Origin: Octopus vulgaris
Lineage: Eukaryota
DNA length: 64,000 bases
NCBI GenBank assembly: GCA_951406725.2
Contig: OX597832.1
Span: forward strand, 57,536,001 to 57,600,000
Direction of reading: 5' to 3'
Shown: in pieces, positions 1 through 12,630 of the stretch
How the letters are laid out: each line of letters begins with the position of its first letter
How positions within the stretch are numbered: position 1 is the first letter of the stretch
Translations under genes and position numbers: made by a program
Notes under the pieces: model-generated
Database searches by the model: none
What the model was told of the DNA's origin: nothing
What the model saw: the letters and a program-made list of their open reading frames with translations, nothing else

Positions 1-235
1 CAGGGACTACAGATGCTTTATGAGTGAATTTGGCAGGCAGAAACTGTATGGAAGCCCATCATATGTGTACACACACACACACAAACACACACAAACACAC
101 ACACACACATACATATGTAAAGTTAAATAAGGCCGGTTTATGGAATTACCCTGGGTTTCACGTCCATAATGCACTTAGCTTTCATGTGCTTTATGGATGT
201 GAAATCCAGGGTAACCCCATAAACCAACCTTATCT

Positions 236-740
236 AACATCCAGACAGCTAGGTGATACAAAAAAGGACAACAAAACATCCTGATAGACGATACAAAAAA
301 AACAAGGATGGGTCATTCGAAGTCCTCTTTCTTCAGTCAAATACCAGATTATCCTTGCAATTTCGGTTGATTATTCTTGAGATTGCTCCAATCTGGCCAG
401 CCCCAAGAAAAAACTAAGCTAAGAGCATTAGATTCCTTGGAAGAAATCAGCGAATGTATAAGGACAGAAGAAACGGACAAGTTACACAAATATAAATGCA
501 ATAATAAATACAATAAAAATAATAACAGGACATATATATATATAGTCAAATCAAATAAATGCACATTAATAATGACAATAACAAACAAGAGGACATGCAC
601 ATGGAATGTATTAGTTTGATGCTTGGTACGAAGAAAGAGTTTTTGACATTTTGAGCATAAGCTCTTCATTGGAGAGCAAAACAGAAAAGTCCAAAGAATG
701 AAAAAAATCACCAACAGCATGTGTGTAGCACCGTTGCTGA
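236..740 (-). mobile_element. Decayed Penelope-like pseudo-LTR fragments with an eroded hammerhead
   Basis: Minus strand 676-638 reads ctct-CCAATGA-a-GAGC-ttat-GCTC-AAAA-TGTC, an eroded version of the motif at 33475-33509. Segment 236-300 recurs at 17460-17540. Confidence 0.55.
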
Positions 741-961
741 AGTGAATGCCTTCGTACATACGTAGGCATTCACTTCAGTGTGTATGTATGTAGGCACAGG
801 CATAACTATGTAGTAAGAAGCTTATTTCCTGAGTGCATGGTTTTGCACCCTGTACAATTGTCGTCTATTATAGCCCCGGGCCAGCCAAAGCCTTGTGGGT
901 TGATTTAGTGAATGGAAATTTAAAAAAAAAAAGCTTGTTGTGCATGTGTGGGTGTATGTGT

Positions 962-1378
962 GTGGCAAGCTGGCAGAACCGTTAGCATGCTGGGCAAAAT
1001 GCGTAGCCGTATTTCGTTTGCCGTTACGTTCTGAGTTCAAATTCCGCCAAGGTCGACTTTGCCTTTCGTCCTTTCGGGGTCAATAAATTAAGTACCAGTT
1101 TCGCACTGGGGTCGATGTAATCGGCTTAATTCGTTTGTCTGTCCTTGTTTGTCCCCTCTGTGTTTAACCCCTTGTGGGTAGTAAAGAAATAGGTAATTTG
1201 TCTGCCGTTATGTTCTGAGTTCAAATTCCGCCATGGTCGACTTTGCCTTTCATCCTTTCGGGGTCGATAAATTAAGTACCAGTTTTGCACTGGGGTCGAT
1301 GTAATCGGCTTAATTCATTTGTCTGTCCTTGTTTGTCCTCTCTACATTTAGCCCGTTGTGGGTAATAAAAAGAAACAA
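962..1378 (+). mobile_element. tRNA-derived SINE family B, one copy plus a tandem partial copy
   Basis: Head GGCAAGCTGGCAGAACCGTTAG, B-box GAGTTCAAATTCC, core GCCTTTCATCCTTTCGGGGTCGATAAATTAAGTACCAG. Many copies in the window. Confidence 0.85.
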
Positions 1379-2106
1379 TAGTGATCATCATCATCAGCAG
1401 CAGCTGCAGCATCATCATCCTACACATCTGAGTAATACAACTTATGAGTCTTATTTCAACTTTATGGAGCATCAGCAGCTGTTTGAATGAAACTCAAGAT
1501 GGTTTACTATTTCTCTAGTATCAGTTCAAGAGCTGCGGCCATACTGGGGCACCGCCATCAGTTTACATGGTTTCTTTTCGTTTCTTTTCTTTTCGAGATG
1601 TTATGCAGTTTCTATTAGCTTTTGATGGTGAGATTGTTAACGAGCAGCATCCGAGATTTCAAGGCTTAGCATCATCATCATCATCTGTAGTGATTTTTGA
1701 GTGCTTCAGTCATGTTTGCTTAAATTACTGTAATATCCTGCACCTCCCCACCAAACCATCCCTTCTTCCACCTAGGACATAGTGCTGCTTCCGAAATGCC
1801 TGAATCGTCGTCGTCAAGATTCCTTAATGATTAACGAGATATGCGAGCATTTCTAAAAATTCTCTCTTTTAATTGACTACTAGATGGTTTATCTCTCATG
1901 CCACACACCATCACTGTTAAGGCCGTCTTGTCCAATGAGTGGGCATCAGGTGTCGCACTTGACGTTCGATGTGATTGTAAAACCCTCACCTGTTCTATTC
2001 CGGTTCTCTCGATTGTCATTAGATTTCATTGAGAAGAAGTGCAACTTCGTTATTTGGTTTCAAACTAACCTCCTCATACTCCTTCTCAACCTCATCTTTT
2101 GTAATT

Positions 2107-2334
2107 CTTCTTCTTCTTCTTCTTTTATGTCTTGTCTTGTTTATCTTTGTTGTCTTCTCCGTCTTTGTTGTCACCTTCATCTTCTTCATTGTCACCTTCT
2201 TCTTCTTCTTCTTCTCCTTCTTCTTCTTCTTCTTTTATGTCTTGCCTTGTTTATCTTAGTTGTCTTTTTCATCTTTGTTGTCACCTTCATCTTCTTCATT
2301 GTCACCTTCTTTTTCTTCTTCTTCTTCTTCTTCT
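2107..2334. repeat. Two-copy tandem duplication of a ~110-bp TTC-rich unit
   Basis: tcttttatgtcttg...tcaccttcatcttcttcattgtcaccttct occurs twice with few substitutions. Confidence 0.85.
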
Positions 2335-2498
2335 CCTCCCTTCCTCTTCCTCCCGCCCACCTTATATTCCATGAAGGGTTCTCCTATCACTTTTCCTATG
2401 GGTTTTCTGATCAATGATATGTTTGTGTGCACTTAGATAATGTACTGGTGCCTGCTCTTTCTTATAAAACTAATAAGAGAAAGAAACACTATAAAACA

Positions 2499-2545
<47 letters not shown>

Positions 2546-3602
2546 AGAGAGAGAGAGAAGGCAACGTAGGAAAACCTATTGATCCAGGGCTTTTGTATCT
2601 CTGTAAAAAAAGGATAAAAGGTAATGTAATTCTGTATATTTTAAGAAGAGGTATTGGAATGGATTATCAGAGATACAGCACCATAAAGATGGTAAAGGAG
2701 TATATATATTGATCTTAAATACTGTTGTGGGAGATATGAAGGAAAAAAAAAAAAGAACCTCCAAAAAACCCCCCAAAACAACAACAAAAATCACCTCTAC
2801 TCCAAGGTAAAAAAAAAAAAAAAAAAACCAACAAAATAACTACACATGTGTACCCCCTCTCAAAAAAAAAAGCCAAAGAGAAAATACTGGATTACAGTTG
2901 TGAGCCGAAGAGGTGGAGCTGGTACAGTGTAGGTATATTAATACAATGGCTTTAGGTAGGGAGCATATGTTGTGTCTGTGAGACTGTGAAGAGGTTTCGT
3001 ATGTATACGTAATTTTTATTGTATGGATTTTTATTTGTTTTGAAGGATATTTCTTGTTCTTCTTGTGTTTTTAGAAACGTACCCACTTGTAAAAATAAAA
3101 TAAAAAAAGACAAACGAAAAGAGAAAAGGAAAGACAGGAAGAGCAATGGTTGTTTTAGCTATCATATTATTTTATATCTAACTTTCTGGTTACGCAGCTG
3201 GCTCTAGTGTAATTCCTGAGCTGGAAGTTCAAGTGATTCTACTCACTTTGTTTACCTTTACATGAGAGGTACTTGAAATTATTTAAACAGGTTTTGCTTT
3301 TGGTTTTGGTCTGGTGGTTAGAGTGTCGGGTTCACTTTCATAAGGTTGTAGGTTCGATTCTTGCACTGAGCATACATTTTTGTCTTTGAGCAAAAAAAAA
3401 AAAAAAAATCTCTATTTCACGGTGTTCCGACTTCCTCCAATCAACTAAAAAATGTGCATCAGTCTATTGTCAGTGAATCCTTTTCCTCCTCTCCATTTAT
3501 CATATCCTTGGGGTTTGCTGGAACAGGGGTGGGTGGGCTGCCAATTAGCAAAAGACGGTATACATACCAAAGTTACTTGCTTGTGAGTGAAGATTTTGGT
3601 AT

Positions 3603-3687
3603 TCTTCTTCTTCTTCTTCTTCTTCTTCTTCTTCTTCTTCTTCTTCTTCTTCTTCTTCTTCTTCTTCTTCTTCTTCTTCTTCTTCTT

Positions 3688-3718
<31 letters not shown>

Positions 3719-3745
3719 TTATTATTATTATTACTATTACTATTA
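3603..3745. repeat. (TTC)n followed by (ATT)n microsatellite
   Basis: Read directly. Confidence 0.98.
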
Positions 3746-4139
3746 TTACGAAGGCAGTGAGCTAGCAGAAATACTAGCATACAGGGCAAAATACTTAGCG
3801 ACATTTTGTTCATCTTATAGACATTCTGAGTTCAAATTCTGCTGAGGTTGACTTTGCTTTACATCCTAGTGGGGTTGATAAATTAAGTACCAGTTGCGTA
3901 CTGGGGTCAATGTAATTGGCTTATCCTTTCCCAAAATTGCTTGGCCTTGTGCCTAGAGTAGAAAGGATTATCATTATTACTATTATCAGCTTCTCTTCTT
4001 CCTTCTATTCTCTTTCCATTTCTTGCCGAGTGTCTTCCTGACACCTAGGGCAAAGAGACTTACTGTATACATTAATAGGCCTTTATAATAAATACACCAC
4101 ATTGTTTATTTCTAAATGTACAAAATCAAACAAAGTTAC

Positions 4140-4535
4140 TTTTTATTCTTTTATTTGTTTTGGTCATTTGATTGTGGCCATGCTGGGGCACCGCCTTTAG
4201 TCAAGCAAATCAACCCCAGGACTTATTCTTTGTAAGCTTAGTACTTATTCTATCAGTCACTTTTGTCGAACTGCTAAATTATGGGGACATAAACACACCA
4301 GCATCAGTTGTCAAGTGATGTTGGGGGGGGGGGGCAAACACAGACACATAAAACATACACACACACACACACACACGACGGGTTTCTTTCAGTTTCCATC
4401 TACCAAATCCACTCACAAGGCTTTGGTCGGCCCGAAGCAATAGTAGAAGACACTTGCCCAAGGTGCCACGCAGTGGGACAGAATCCATAACCATGTGGTT
4501 GGTAAGCAAGCTACTTACCACACAGCCACTCCTGT
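4140..4535 (-). mobile_element. tRNA-derived SINE family A, near full length
   Basis: Reverse complement of the copy at 59954-60353. Confidence 0.88.
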
Positions 4536-5240
4536 ACTTATATATTAAAAAAGAAAAGAAAAAAATTTACATGGAAGGTTATCATTCTCAGAGTGACAAT
4601 GTTCTCCTCAATATGTGTGATGTGCCTGGTAAAACAATCTATTGCCCTTCATTCTGGAATGGTAAGCAAAGGATCATCTTCAAATCATTTTCAGTTCTGA
4701 GGAACTGGCAGAACTGGTAGCATGCCAGGCAAAATGCTTAGCAGCATTTCATCAGTCTTTATGTTCTGAGTTCAAATTCCACTGAGGTTATCATTGCTTT
4801 TCATCCTTTCAGGTTCGATGATAAAATAAGTTCCAATTGAGCACTGCGACCATGCTGGGGCACTGCTTTTAAGAATTTTTAGTCAAATGAATTGAACCCA
4901 GTACTTAATTGTTTTTTGCTTACTTTTGTAAATCCTGGTACATATTCGATTGGTCTCTTTTGCTGAACTTCTAAGTTACGGGAACATAAACACATCAACA
5001 TCAGTTGTTAAGTTGTGGTGGTGGGGAGACAAACACATCCACACACAGAATGGGCTTGTTTCAGTTTTCATTTACCAAATCCACTCACAAGGTTTTGGTT
5101 AACCTGGGGCTATAATAGAAGACACTTGCCTACCGTGCTGCACAGTGGGACTGAACCCAGAACCATGTGGTTGGGAAGCAAGCTTCTTACCACCCGTAAA
5201 AATCCCGTAAAATATCTCCTTCCCAATAATTATAATAATC

Positions 5241-5278
<38 letters not shown>

Positions 5279-5587
5279 CATCATCGTTTAACATCCGTTC
5301 TCCATGCTAGCATGGGTTGGATGGTTCGACCAGGGATCTGGGAAGCCAGAAGGCTGCACTAGGCTCCAGTCTTATCTGGCAATGTTTCTGGCAATAATAA
5401 TAATAATAATAATCACCATCATCATTTAATGTCCCAGTTTCCTTACTGGCATAGTTTGAGCTATCTGTGCTTATACTTTCATCCTCTTTTTCACAGATTC
5501 TTCATTTGCTCTCTAACTCTATCATCCCCATCTGTACCAGCCTCTGCATGGTTGCTCAACCTGTTTGAAATACCAAGCACAATTACC

Positions 5588-6113
5588 TTAACCCTTTTGT
5601 TACGGTATTTCAGTTGAAATATGCTGCCTTTGTTTCAAAAATATTTTGAAATAATGACTGTCAAGCTTAATAAAAGCATGGTTGATTGCATACAGTCTTG
5701 TCCCTTGCAACCTTTTCCAGCTGGGCATCCCTAATGTTGCAGGCTCATAAGTGCTGGTGCCACATAAAAAGCATCCATGCTGGTGCTGTGTCAAAGTACC
5801 CAGTACACTCTGTTAAGTGGTTGGCATTAGGAAGGGTATCCAGCTGGAACCTGAACAGCACTTCAATTAGTCAGCTTCTGTCAAACCATCTAACCCATGC
5901 CAACATGGAAAACGGATGTGAAATGATGATGATGATGATGATGTGATGATGGAGATTAGTAAAATAATTTTTGTCGTCATTAGTAAGCTGATGTTTGGAA
6001 CATAAATTATCAGGAAATTTTAATGGAAGGATTTAATTCAGATTATTTTAAAACAAAAAGTTTGTATCAAAAAAAGAGTGGGGGTGGTCTCAGGTGGATT
6101 GGTATTGAAAGGA
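5588..6113. mobile_element. piggyBac-type MITE interrupted by an RTE-tail insertion
   Basis: Starts TTAA-CCCTTTTGTTAC. Body matches 47417-47644. Interrupted at about 5700-5950. Confidence 0.6.
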
Positions 6114-6619
6114 TCAGATCCCACCTCTTCCATTTATCTCTGTAAAGTGTTTGGTACTTGGGTGATCATCCATGGCAGAAACCAAACCAAAACAGACCAT
6201 AGGACCTGATGTAGCTCCTGGCCTTGTCTGCTCCTGTTGAATCATCTAACCCATGCCAGCATGGAGAACAGACGTTAAATGATGATGAATATTTGTTACT
6301 TCTCCCTACAGTTCACACAGCTTCCAGAACACCTACTGCAATTACTCCCCTTCATTCCTTCTCCTTCTCTCTCACTCTCTCTGTTTTCTCTCTCTCTCTC
6401 TCCTGTCTTTTCTCCCCCACTCCCTCAGTCCATTCTATCTCTTTCTCTCATCTCACCTACTTGCTTTCCAATGTTTAAATCTGTTTCACAGATATTTATC
6501 ATTTGAAGGACATCTGTAATATATTTGAAAGCCAGTTGTTGGTGTTGTTGTTGTTCTTGTATAGCGTTTATTATTTCAATGTCATTTCTTTTAAAATGCA
6601 AAGTAAAGTATCCTCTTAT

Positions 6620-7290
6620 AGAGAAAGAGTAAGGAGTATAGGAGAGAGAGAGAGAGACAGAGACAAAACAGGGTGTTACAATGTGAGTGAGAGAGAGAGG
6701 GGGAGATAAAAGGAGGTTAGAAGATGAGAGAGAGAGGGATAAAGGTAGAAGATTAAAAGATGAGAGAGAGAGAGTGAGTGAGAGACAAAGGGAGCTTTCA
6801 GAGAGAGAGGGATAAAGGTAGAAGGTTAGAAAATGAGAGAGAGAGATAAAGGGAAAAGGTTAGAAGATGAGAGAGAGAGAGATAAAAGGAGAAAGGAAAT
6901 AGGCAAGAAGATGGGAGAGAGAGAGGGAGAGGTTGATGTGATGAAGGGGAGAGAGTGAAGGACAGAATAAGGGTAAAAGAAATATAGAGAAAGGGTGGTA
7001 ATGAGATTTGAGAGAGAGGGGAAAAAGAGTTTGTTATGAGAGGGAGAGAGAAGAGAGAGAGCTGGTTATGAGAGAGAGAGATAGAGAGAGATGGGAGATA
7101 ACATAGAAGGGAATGTGATGAGATGAAAGACAGAGGAAGGATAAAAGAGAAGGGAGAGAAAGAAAGAGGCTGATGAAATGAGTGAGAGAGAGAGAGAGAG
7201 AGATGAAGAGGTGAGATTAAAAGGGGGAAGGAAGAGATGATAGACAGAGAAAGTGAACAGGTAAATGAGAGAGAATGAGAGGAAATAAAT
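6620..7290. repeat. GA-rich polypurine low-complexity tract
   Basis: Read directly. Confidence 0.9.
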
Positions 7291-7509
7291 ATTTTTCACC
7301 ATTCATTCTCTGATATGTGAACAGTGGTGGTTAAATAAAAGTATGTTGTTGTGGAGTTTCTGATATTGTTTGGAGTTTTATTGAAAAAATGGGAATTAAA
7401 AAGACCATGTTTCTAATTTTATGGCTTTTATAGAAATACAAACCATCATCTCAAACATACAGAAAGAGATATTATATCAACTGATTTGATATGGTATGAT
7501 GTGATACGA

Positions 7510-7570
<61 letters not shown>

Positions 7571-7624
7571 TGTATATATGTATATATGTATGTATGTATG
7601 TATATATGTATGTATATATATATG

Positions 7625-7658
<34 letters not shown>

Positions 7659-7942
7659 TGTATATATGTATGTATGTATATATGTATGTATGTATATATG
7701 TATATGTATATATATATATGTATATGTATATATATATGTATATATATATATATATATGTATATGTATATATATATGTATATATATATATATGTATATGTA
7801 TATATATATGTATATATGTATATATATATATATGTATATGTATATATGTATATATATATATATATGTATATGTATATATATATATGTATATGTATATATA
7901 TATATGTATATGTATATATATATATATGTATATATGTATATG

Positions 7943-7974
<32 letters not shown>

Positions 7975-8130
7975 TATGTATATGTATATATATATGTATA
8001 TGTATATATATGTATATATATATATATATATGTATATGTATATATATGTATATATATATATATGTATATGTATATATATATGTATATGTATATATATATG
8101 TTTATGTATACATATATATATATATATGTA
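7510..8130. repeat. Compound (TA)n/(TATG)n microsatellite
   Basis: Read directly. Source of the YI/MY-repeat ORFs. Confidence 0.98.
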
Positions 8131-8375
8131 TCGGTTGTCAAGCGATGTTGGGGGTACAAACACTGACTCACAAACATATACACACACACACACATATATA
8201 TATACATATATACAACAGGCCTCCTTCAGTTTCCGTCTACCAAATCCACTCACAAGGCTTTGGTTAACCCGAGGCTATAGTAGAAGACACCTGCCCAAGG
8301 TGCCACGCAGTGGGACTGAACCCGGAACCATGTGGTTGGCAAGCAAGCTACCCACCACATAGCCTCTCCTACGCC
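8130..8375 (-). mobile_element. SINE family A, 5' part
   Basis: Similarity to 59954-60200. Confidence 0.85.
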
Positions 8376-8739
8376 TATATATAAACTTTTCTATGATAAT
8401 TGAAGCATATCATCATCATCATCATTTAATGTCCACTTTCCATGTTGGAATTGGGTTGAAAGGTTTGACAAGTGCTGGTAAACCGACAGGCTATGTCAAG
8501 CCTTATTGTCTCTTTTGGCATGGTTTCTATGGCTGGATGCGCTTCCTAACACCAACCACCTTACAGAGTGTACTGGGTGCTTTATTGGCAGTGTTCACCA
8601 AATACCTTGCAAGACAAGACAAAGTCCCCTCCCTAACTGAGGGAAGTAGTGTTGAGGAATGTAGGCTTGTACCTATTGATCAGAGGTTAAAAGAATAGAA
8701 AGATAGAAATAAGTATGTTGCAGTAGAGATATGTATAGG

Positions 8740-8925
8740 TGGCACGTGAAAAGCACCCACTACACTCACGGAGTGGTTGGCGTTAGGAAGGGCATCCAGC
8801 TGTAGAAACACTGCCAGATAAGACTGGAGCCTGGTGCAGCCTTCTGGCTTTCCAGATCCCCGGTCGAACCGTCCAACCCATGCTAGCATGGAGAACGGAC
8901 GTTAAACGATGATGATGATGATGAT
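8740..8925 (+). mobile_element. RTE-LINE 3' tail (short 5'-truncated copy) ending in (GAT)n
   Basis: AAAAGCACCCACTACACTC...GGAAGGGCATCCAGC...CCAACCCATGCTAGCATGG...GTTAAACGATGATG, the same as the 3' end of the LINE at 57460-57635. Confidence 0.85.
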
Positions 8926-8947
8926 GATATATATATGTATATATGTA

Positions 8948-8998
<51 letters not shown>

Positions 8999-9024
8999 AT
9001 GTGTGTGTGTGTGTATATATACTT

Positions 9025-9057
<33 letters not shown>

Positions 9058-9127
9058 ATGTGTGTGTGTGTGTATATATACTTTATATATATATATATAT
9101 ATATATATTATGTATGTGTGTGTATAT

Positions 9128-9382
9128 ATCATCATCATCATTTAACGTCCGTTTTCCGTGCTAGCACGGGTTGGACGGTTCGACTGGGATCTGGGAAGCC
9201 AGGAGGCTGCACCAGGCTCCAGTCTGATCTGGCAGTGTTTCTGCAGCTGGAATGCCCTTCATAATGCCAACCACTCTGTGAGTGTAATGGGTGCTTTTTT
9301 TTATGTGCCAGGGGAGGCTGGCAGCAACCACAATCAGTTGGTGCTTTTATGTGCCACTAGCACAGAAGCCAGTCAAGGCGGT
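9128..9382 (-). mobile_element. RTE-LINE 3' tail, inverted copy
   Basis: Reverse complement of 8740-8925. Confidence 0.85.
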
Positions 9383-9554
9383 TGAGATGTAAGCTTTTTA
9401 CCACACGGCCACACATGTGTGTGTGTGTTTATATATATATGTATTGTAAAGGTGTGAGAGGTATTGGTATCCAGAAGACCCATGGTAGCAGGTAACACTA
9501 TGTAAATGCTATGGAAGGGCTGTAGTTAAACTCTCGGTTCGATAGCCACTTAAT

Positions 9555-10000
9555 ACCACCACTACATTCTCAAATTTTCATTCACACCACAAAACCCTTT
9601 GGAATGAACAGCACATGGAATCTACATCTCCACACTTTCCGTTTATGATGACAAAATATGAGCTCCTATTGGAATTTACATACCATAAACAGGAAGCATT
9701 TCTATCACTTCTTCACACCACTTTCTTTGGACAATGGAACTGCAATTATAACATCTTTATACATTTTTATTTTTATTTCTACATTAATTCTCCTATTTCC
9801 CTACATACTCCTTATTTGCTTCCTTTTCCAAAATAACTCCTCATATTGAACTCTAATATTTCTTTCTATTTAACCATTTCACATCGACTCTGATGAAGGG
9901 ATATCCCGAATATCCCAGAAACAGCTGTAAGACTAACTTTCTCTTTATAAATGTCCTGAAAATTCCTCACAGCCTTGGCTTTGTTGTCACATTTTATTTA
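9555..10000 (+). mobile_element. 3' end of a Penelope-like element (eroded endonuclease C-terminus, pseudo-LTR, hammerhead)
   Basis: Frameshifted HYILKF...PFGMN resembles the C-terminal T..P.G(L/M)N motif of PLE GIY-YIG domains. A hammerhead motif follows at 9886-9933, and the element ends in (TA)n. Confidence 0.55.
9886..9933 (+). ncRNA. Type-I hammerhead ribozyme motif
   Basis: gact-CTGATGA-a-GGGATAT-cccga-ATATCCC-a-GAAA-CAGCTG-TA-agac. Core intact, palindromic stem III, one mismatch in stem I. Confidence 0.75.
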
Positions 10001-10306
10001 ATGTATATATATATATGTATATATACACACATGCATACACATGCACACACACACACATATACATACATATATACACACACAGACATATATATATATATAT
10101 ATACATGCACACACACACACATATATATATAAGGCTTCTTTCAGTTTCCATCTACCAAATACACTAACAAGGCTTTGGTTAGCCTGAGGTTATAGTCGGA
10201 GACACTTGCCCAAGGTGACTTCCGGTCGAACTGAGTCCGGAACCATGTGGTTGAGAAGCAAGCTTGTTACCATATAGTCACACCTGTATGTATGTGTGTG
10301 TGTGTG

Positions 10307-11620
10307 TTGGCAATGAGTACAGTGAAGAATTCAGAGTACAAGTAGGGGTTTGCCATTGTTCATCATAGTCCTCCAAGCAATAAAAGAGGAATTCAAGTCA
10401 GGCTGTCCCTGGGAGTTACTCTATGCTGATGAGCTTGCTCTTTTTGCCGAATCACTACCTGAACCAGAGAAGTTCCAGGTATGGAAGCAAGGTCTAGAAT
10501 TGGAGGACCTTAGAGTTAACCTAGCAAAAACCAAAGTCTTAGTAAGTAGGAAGGCAAACAAGTCACAAATCCCTTCTGGTAGATGGCCCTGCTCGATCTG
10601 TAGAAAATGCTTAGGTAGAAACTCCATAAGATGCACCCAGTGTAAGCTTTGGACACTTAAAAAGTGCAGCAATATCAGAGGAAGGTTAATAGGGAAACTA
10701 GCATTTGTATGTGGAAGATGCAGAGGTACAGTAAATGCTGAAAATGTGCAGAAGATAGACTCCATCAACTGCCAAGGGTGCAAGCTAAAGGTAGTAGATA
10801 GGTTCCGTTATCTAAGTGACCAAGTTAGTAGTGGAGGTGGATGCTCTGAGAATATAGCTGTGAGAATAAGATTTAGCTGGACAAAGTTCAGAGAGAACTC
10901 CTACTTCTGTTGGCAACAAAGGGCCTCTCTCTCAGAATGAAAGGCAGATTATATGATGCTACATGTCTTGAAAGAAATGAAGTCAGTATGCTTTGCTGGA
11001 TGTGCGAAGTCAGTGTGTATGTTCGACAATGTGTAAGCAGCTTGAGAGACAAGTTAGGCATTAAAAAGAGGCATCAGATGTGGTGTGTAAGAGAGACAAC
11101 TGTGCTGGTATGGTCATGTGATATGTATGGATGAGGACGGCTGTGTAAAGAAGTGCCAATCTCTAACTGTCGAGAGAACCTGTGGTATAAGTAGACCCAG
11201 GAAGACATGGGATGAAGTGGTGAAACATGATCTTCAAACTTTGAGTGTCATAGAAGCAATGACTAGTGACCAAGACCTTTGGTGATATGCTGTGCTTGAG
11301 AGGAACTGTCAAGCCAAGTGAAATTATAGTCATGACTGACACTGGCGTCACGTAACTGGCACCTGTGCTGGTGGCATGTAAGGAGGACCTTTTGAGTGTT
11401 GGGCTTCACAGAGACAAAGTGACTGACTTCCTCTTGAGCATTGGGCCTCAGGGAAGCAAAGTGGCTGAGTTCCTCTTGAGCGTTGGGCCTCACGGAGGTA
11501 TTATGTTGAAAAGAAGACCCATCAAGCTGAGCAAAATTGCAGTCATGGCAGATACTGGTGTCATGCAAATGGCACCCATACCAGTGACACATAAAAGCAC
11601 CCATTATGCTCTTTATCACT
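10307..11620 (+). mobile_element. Decayed 5'-truncated RTE-type LINE (RT C-half, thumb, 3' UTR)
   Basis: PLFIIVLQAI...ELLYADELAL...FRYLSDQ, then RL.WYGHV-like and GRPRKTW-like segments, with frameshifts. Confidence 0.92.
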
Positions 11621-11739
11621 CATCCATGCCTGCACCTGTGTATATTATGCTAATTACTGCAGCTGATTTGTTTGACTAACCCCTTGATGGTGGAACCCCA
11701 GTAGAATTGTCACTGTCCAACAACAACAACAACAACAAG

Positions 11740-11930
11740 TGGAGGTACAATGGCTCAGTGGTTAGGGCAGTGGACTCGCAGTTGTAAGAACATGGTTTCG
11801 ATTCCCAGACCGGGCATTGTGAGTGTTTATTGAGCAAAAACATCCAAGTTCTACGATGTTCCGGCAGGTGAGGGTGGTGAACCCCGCTGTACTCTTTCAC
11901 CACAACTTTCTCTCAATCTTTCTTCCTACT
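11740..11930 (+). mobile_element. tRNA-derived SINE family D, partial
   Basis: TGGCTCAGTGGTTAGG A-box and GGTTTCGATTCCC B-box. Homologous to 60878-61185. Confidence 0.8.
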
Positions 11931-12599
11931 TCTGCCACAAAGCAGAGGAACCATGGTGTAACCCACTATGGTGTGGTAAACTTTTAGACCCTAGTCTAGA
12001 TTGTGAATCCTCTGTGCCCCAGGATGGTTCAGCTCTCCACCCGTTAAAAGCCGCCATTTATGAAATGAGGATAACAACGTAGCTTTCGTGCCTGTGCAAC
12101 TGCCAGTCTGTCGCATGTGGTGGGTAGATCTTCAAGTTGCCACACGCATTCTTAGTAGCTTAGAGTAGGCTCGAATTAGAGATTATTCTTTGTGGCTAAT
12201 GGCGTGAGTCCTGATTGGAAGAAGAAGAAGAAGAAGAGCAACAGAAACCAGTTAAAGAAAAAAGGAGAAAATAATTGTAAGATTCTCATCTCAGAAATTT
12301 AAGAATTTAATCAGTTAACAAAGGTCCGGGCTGATCACTTTCTGTCTGAGTACAGTGAACTAAACTAAAACAACTTCGATGTAAACGTATTCACCTTTTG
12401 ATAAATAAAGGAATTCTAATGACGATGACAACAACAACAACAACAACAATAGCAACAACAACAGCACAATGTAAAGTTTAAATCTGAAGTCCTGATACGT
12501 ATATAATTAGCATTAATGAGAATGTAAGCTTTTTCTCTTCTCCCTCCTCACTTTTTCATATTTTTTCATGCTACATGTAAAATTAATATTGTTTATAAA

Positions 12600-12630
<31 letters not shown>

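Noticed and set aside
2020-2372. Acidic E/D-rich minus-strand reading (MEYKVGGRKRKGGEEEE...)
   Set aside because: Interrupted by stops and frameshifts, and explained by the duplicated TTC-rich unit.
7446-8362. Long YI/MYV-repeat ORFs here and at ~14 kb, 28.6 kb, 34 kb, 41 kb and 62.5 kb
   Set aside because: Translations of (TA)n/(TG)n microsatellites that lack stop codons.
10421-10438. CTATGCTGATGAGCTTGC, identical to the 5' half of the 51513 hammerhead
   Set aside because: Here it is the mutated YADD codon block of the LINE RT, with no GAAA, stem III or stem I partner downstream. Treated as coincidence.
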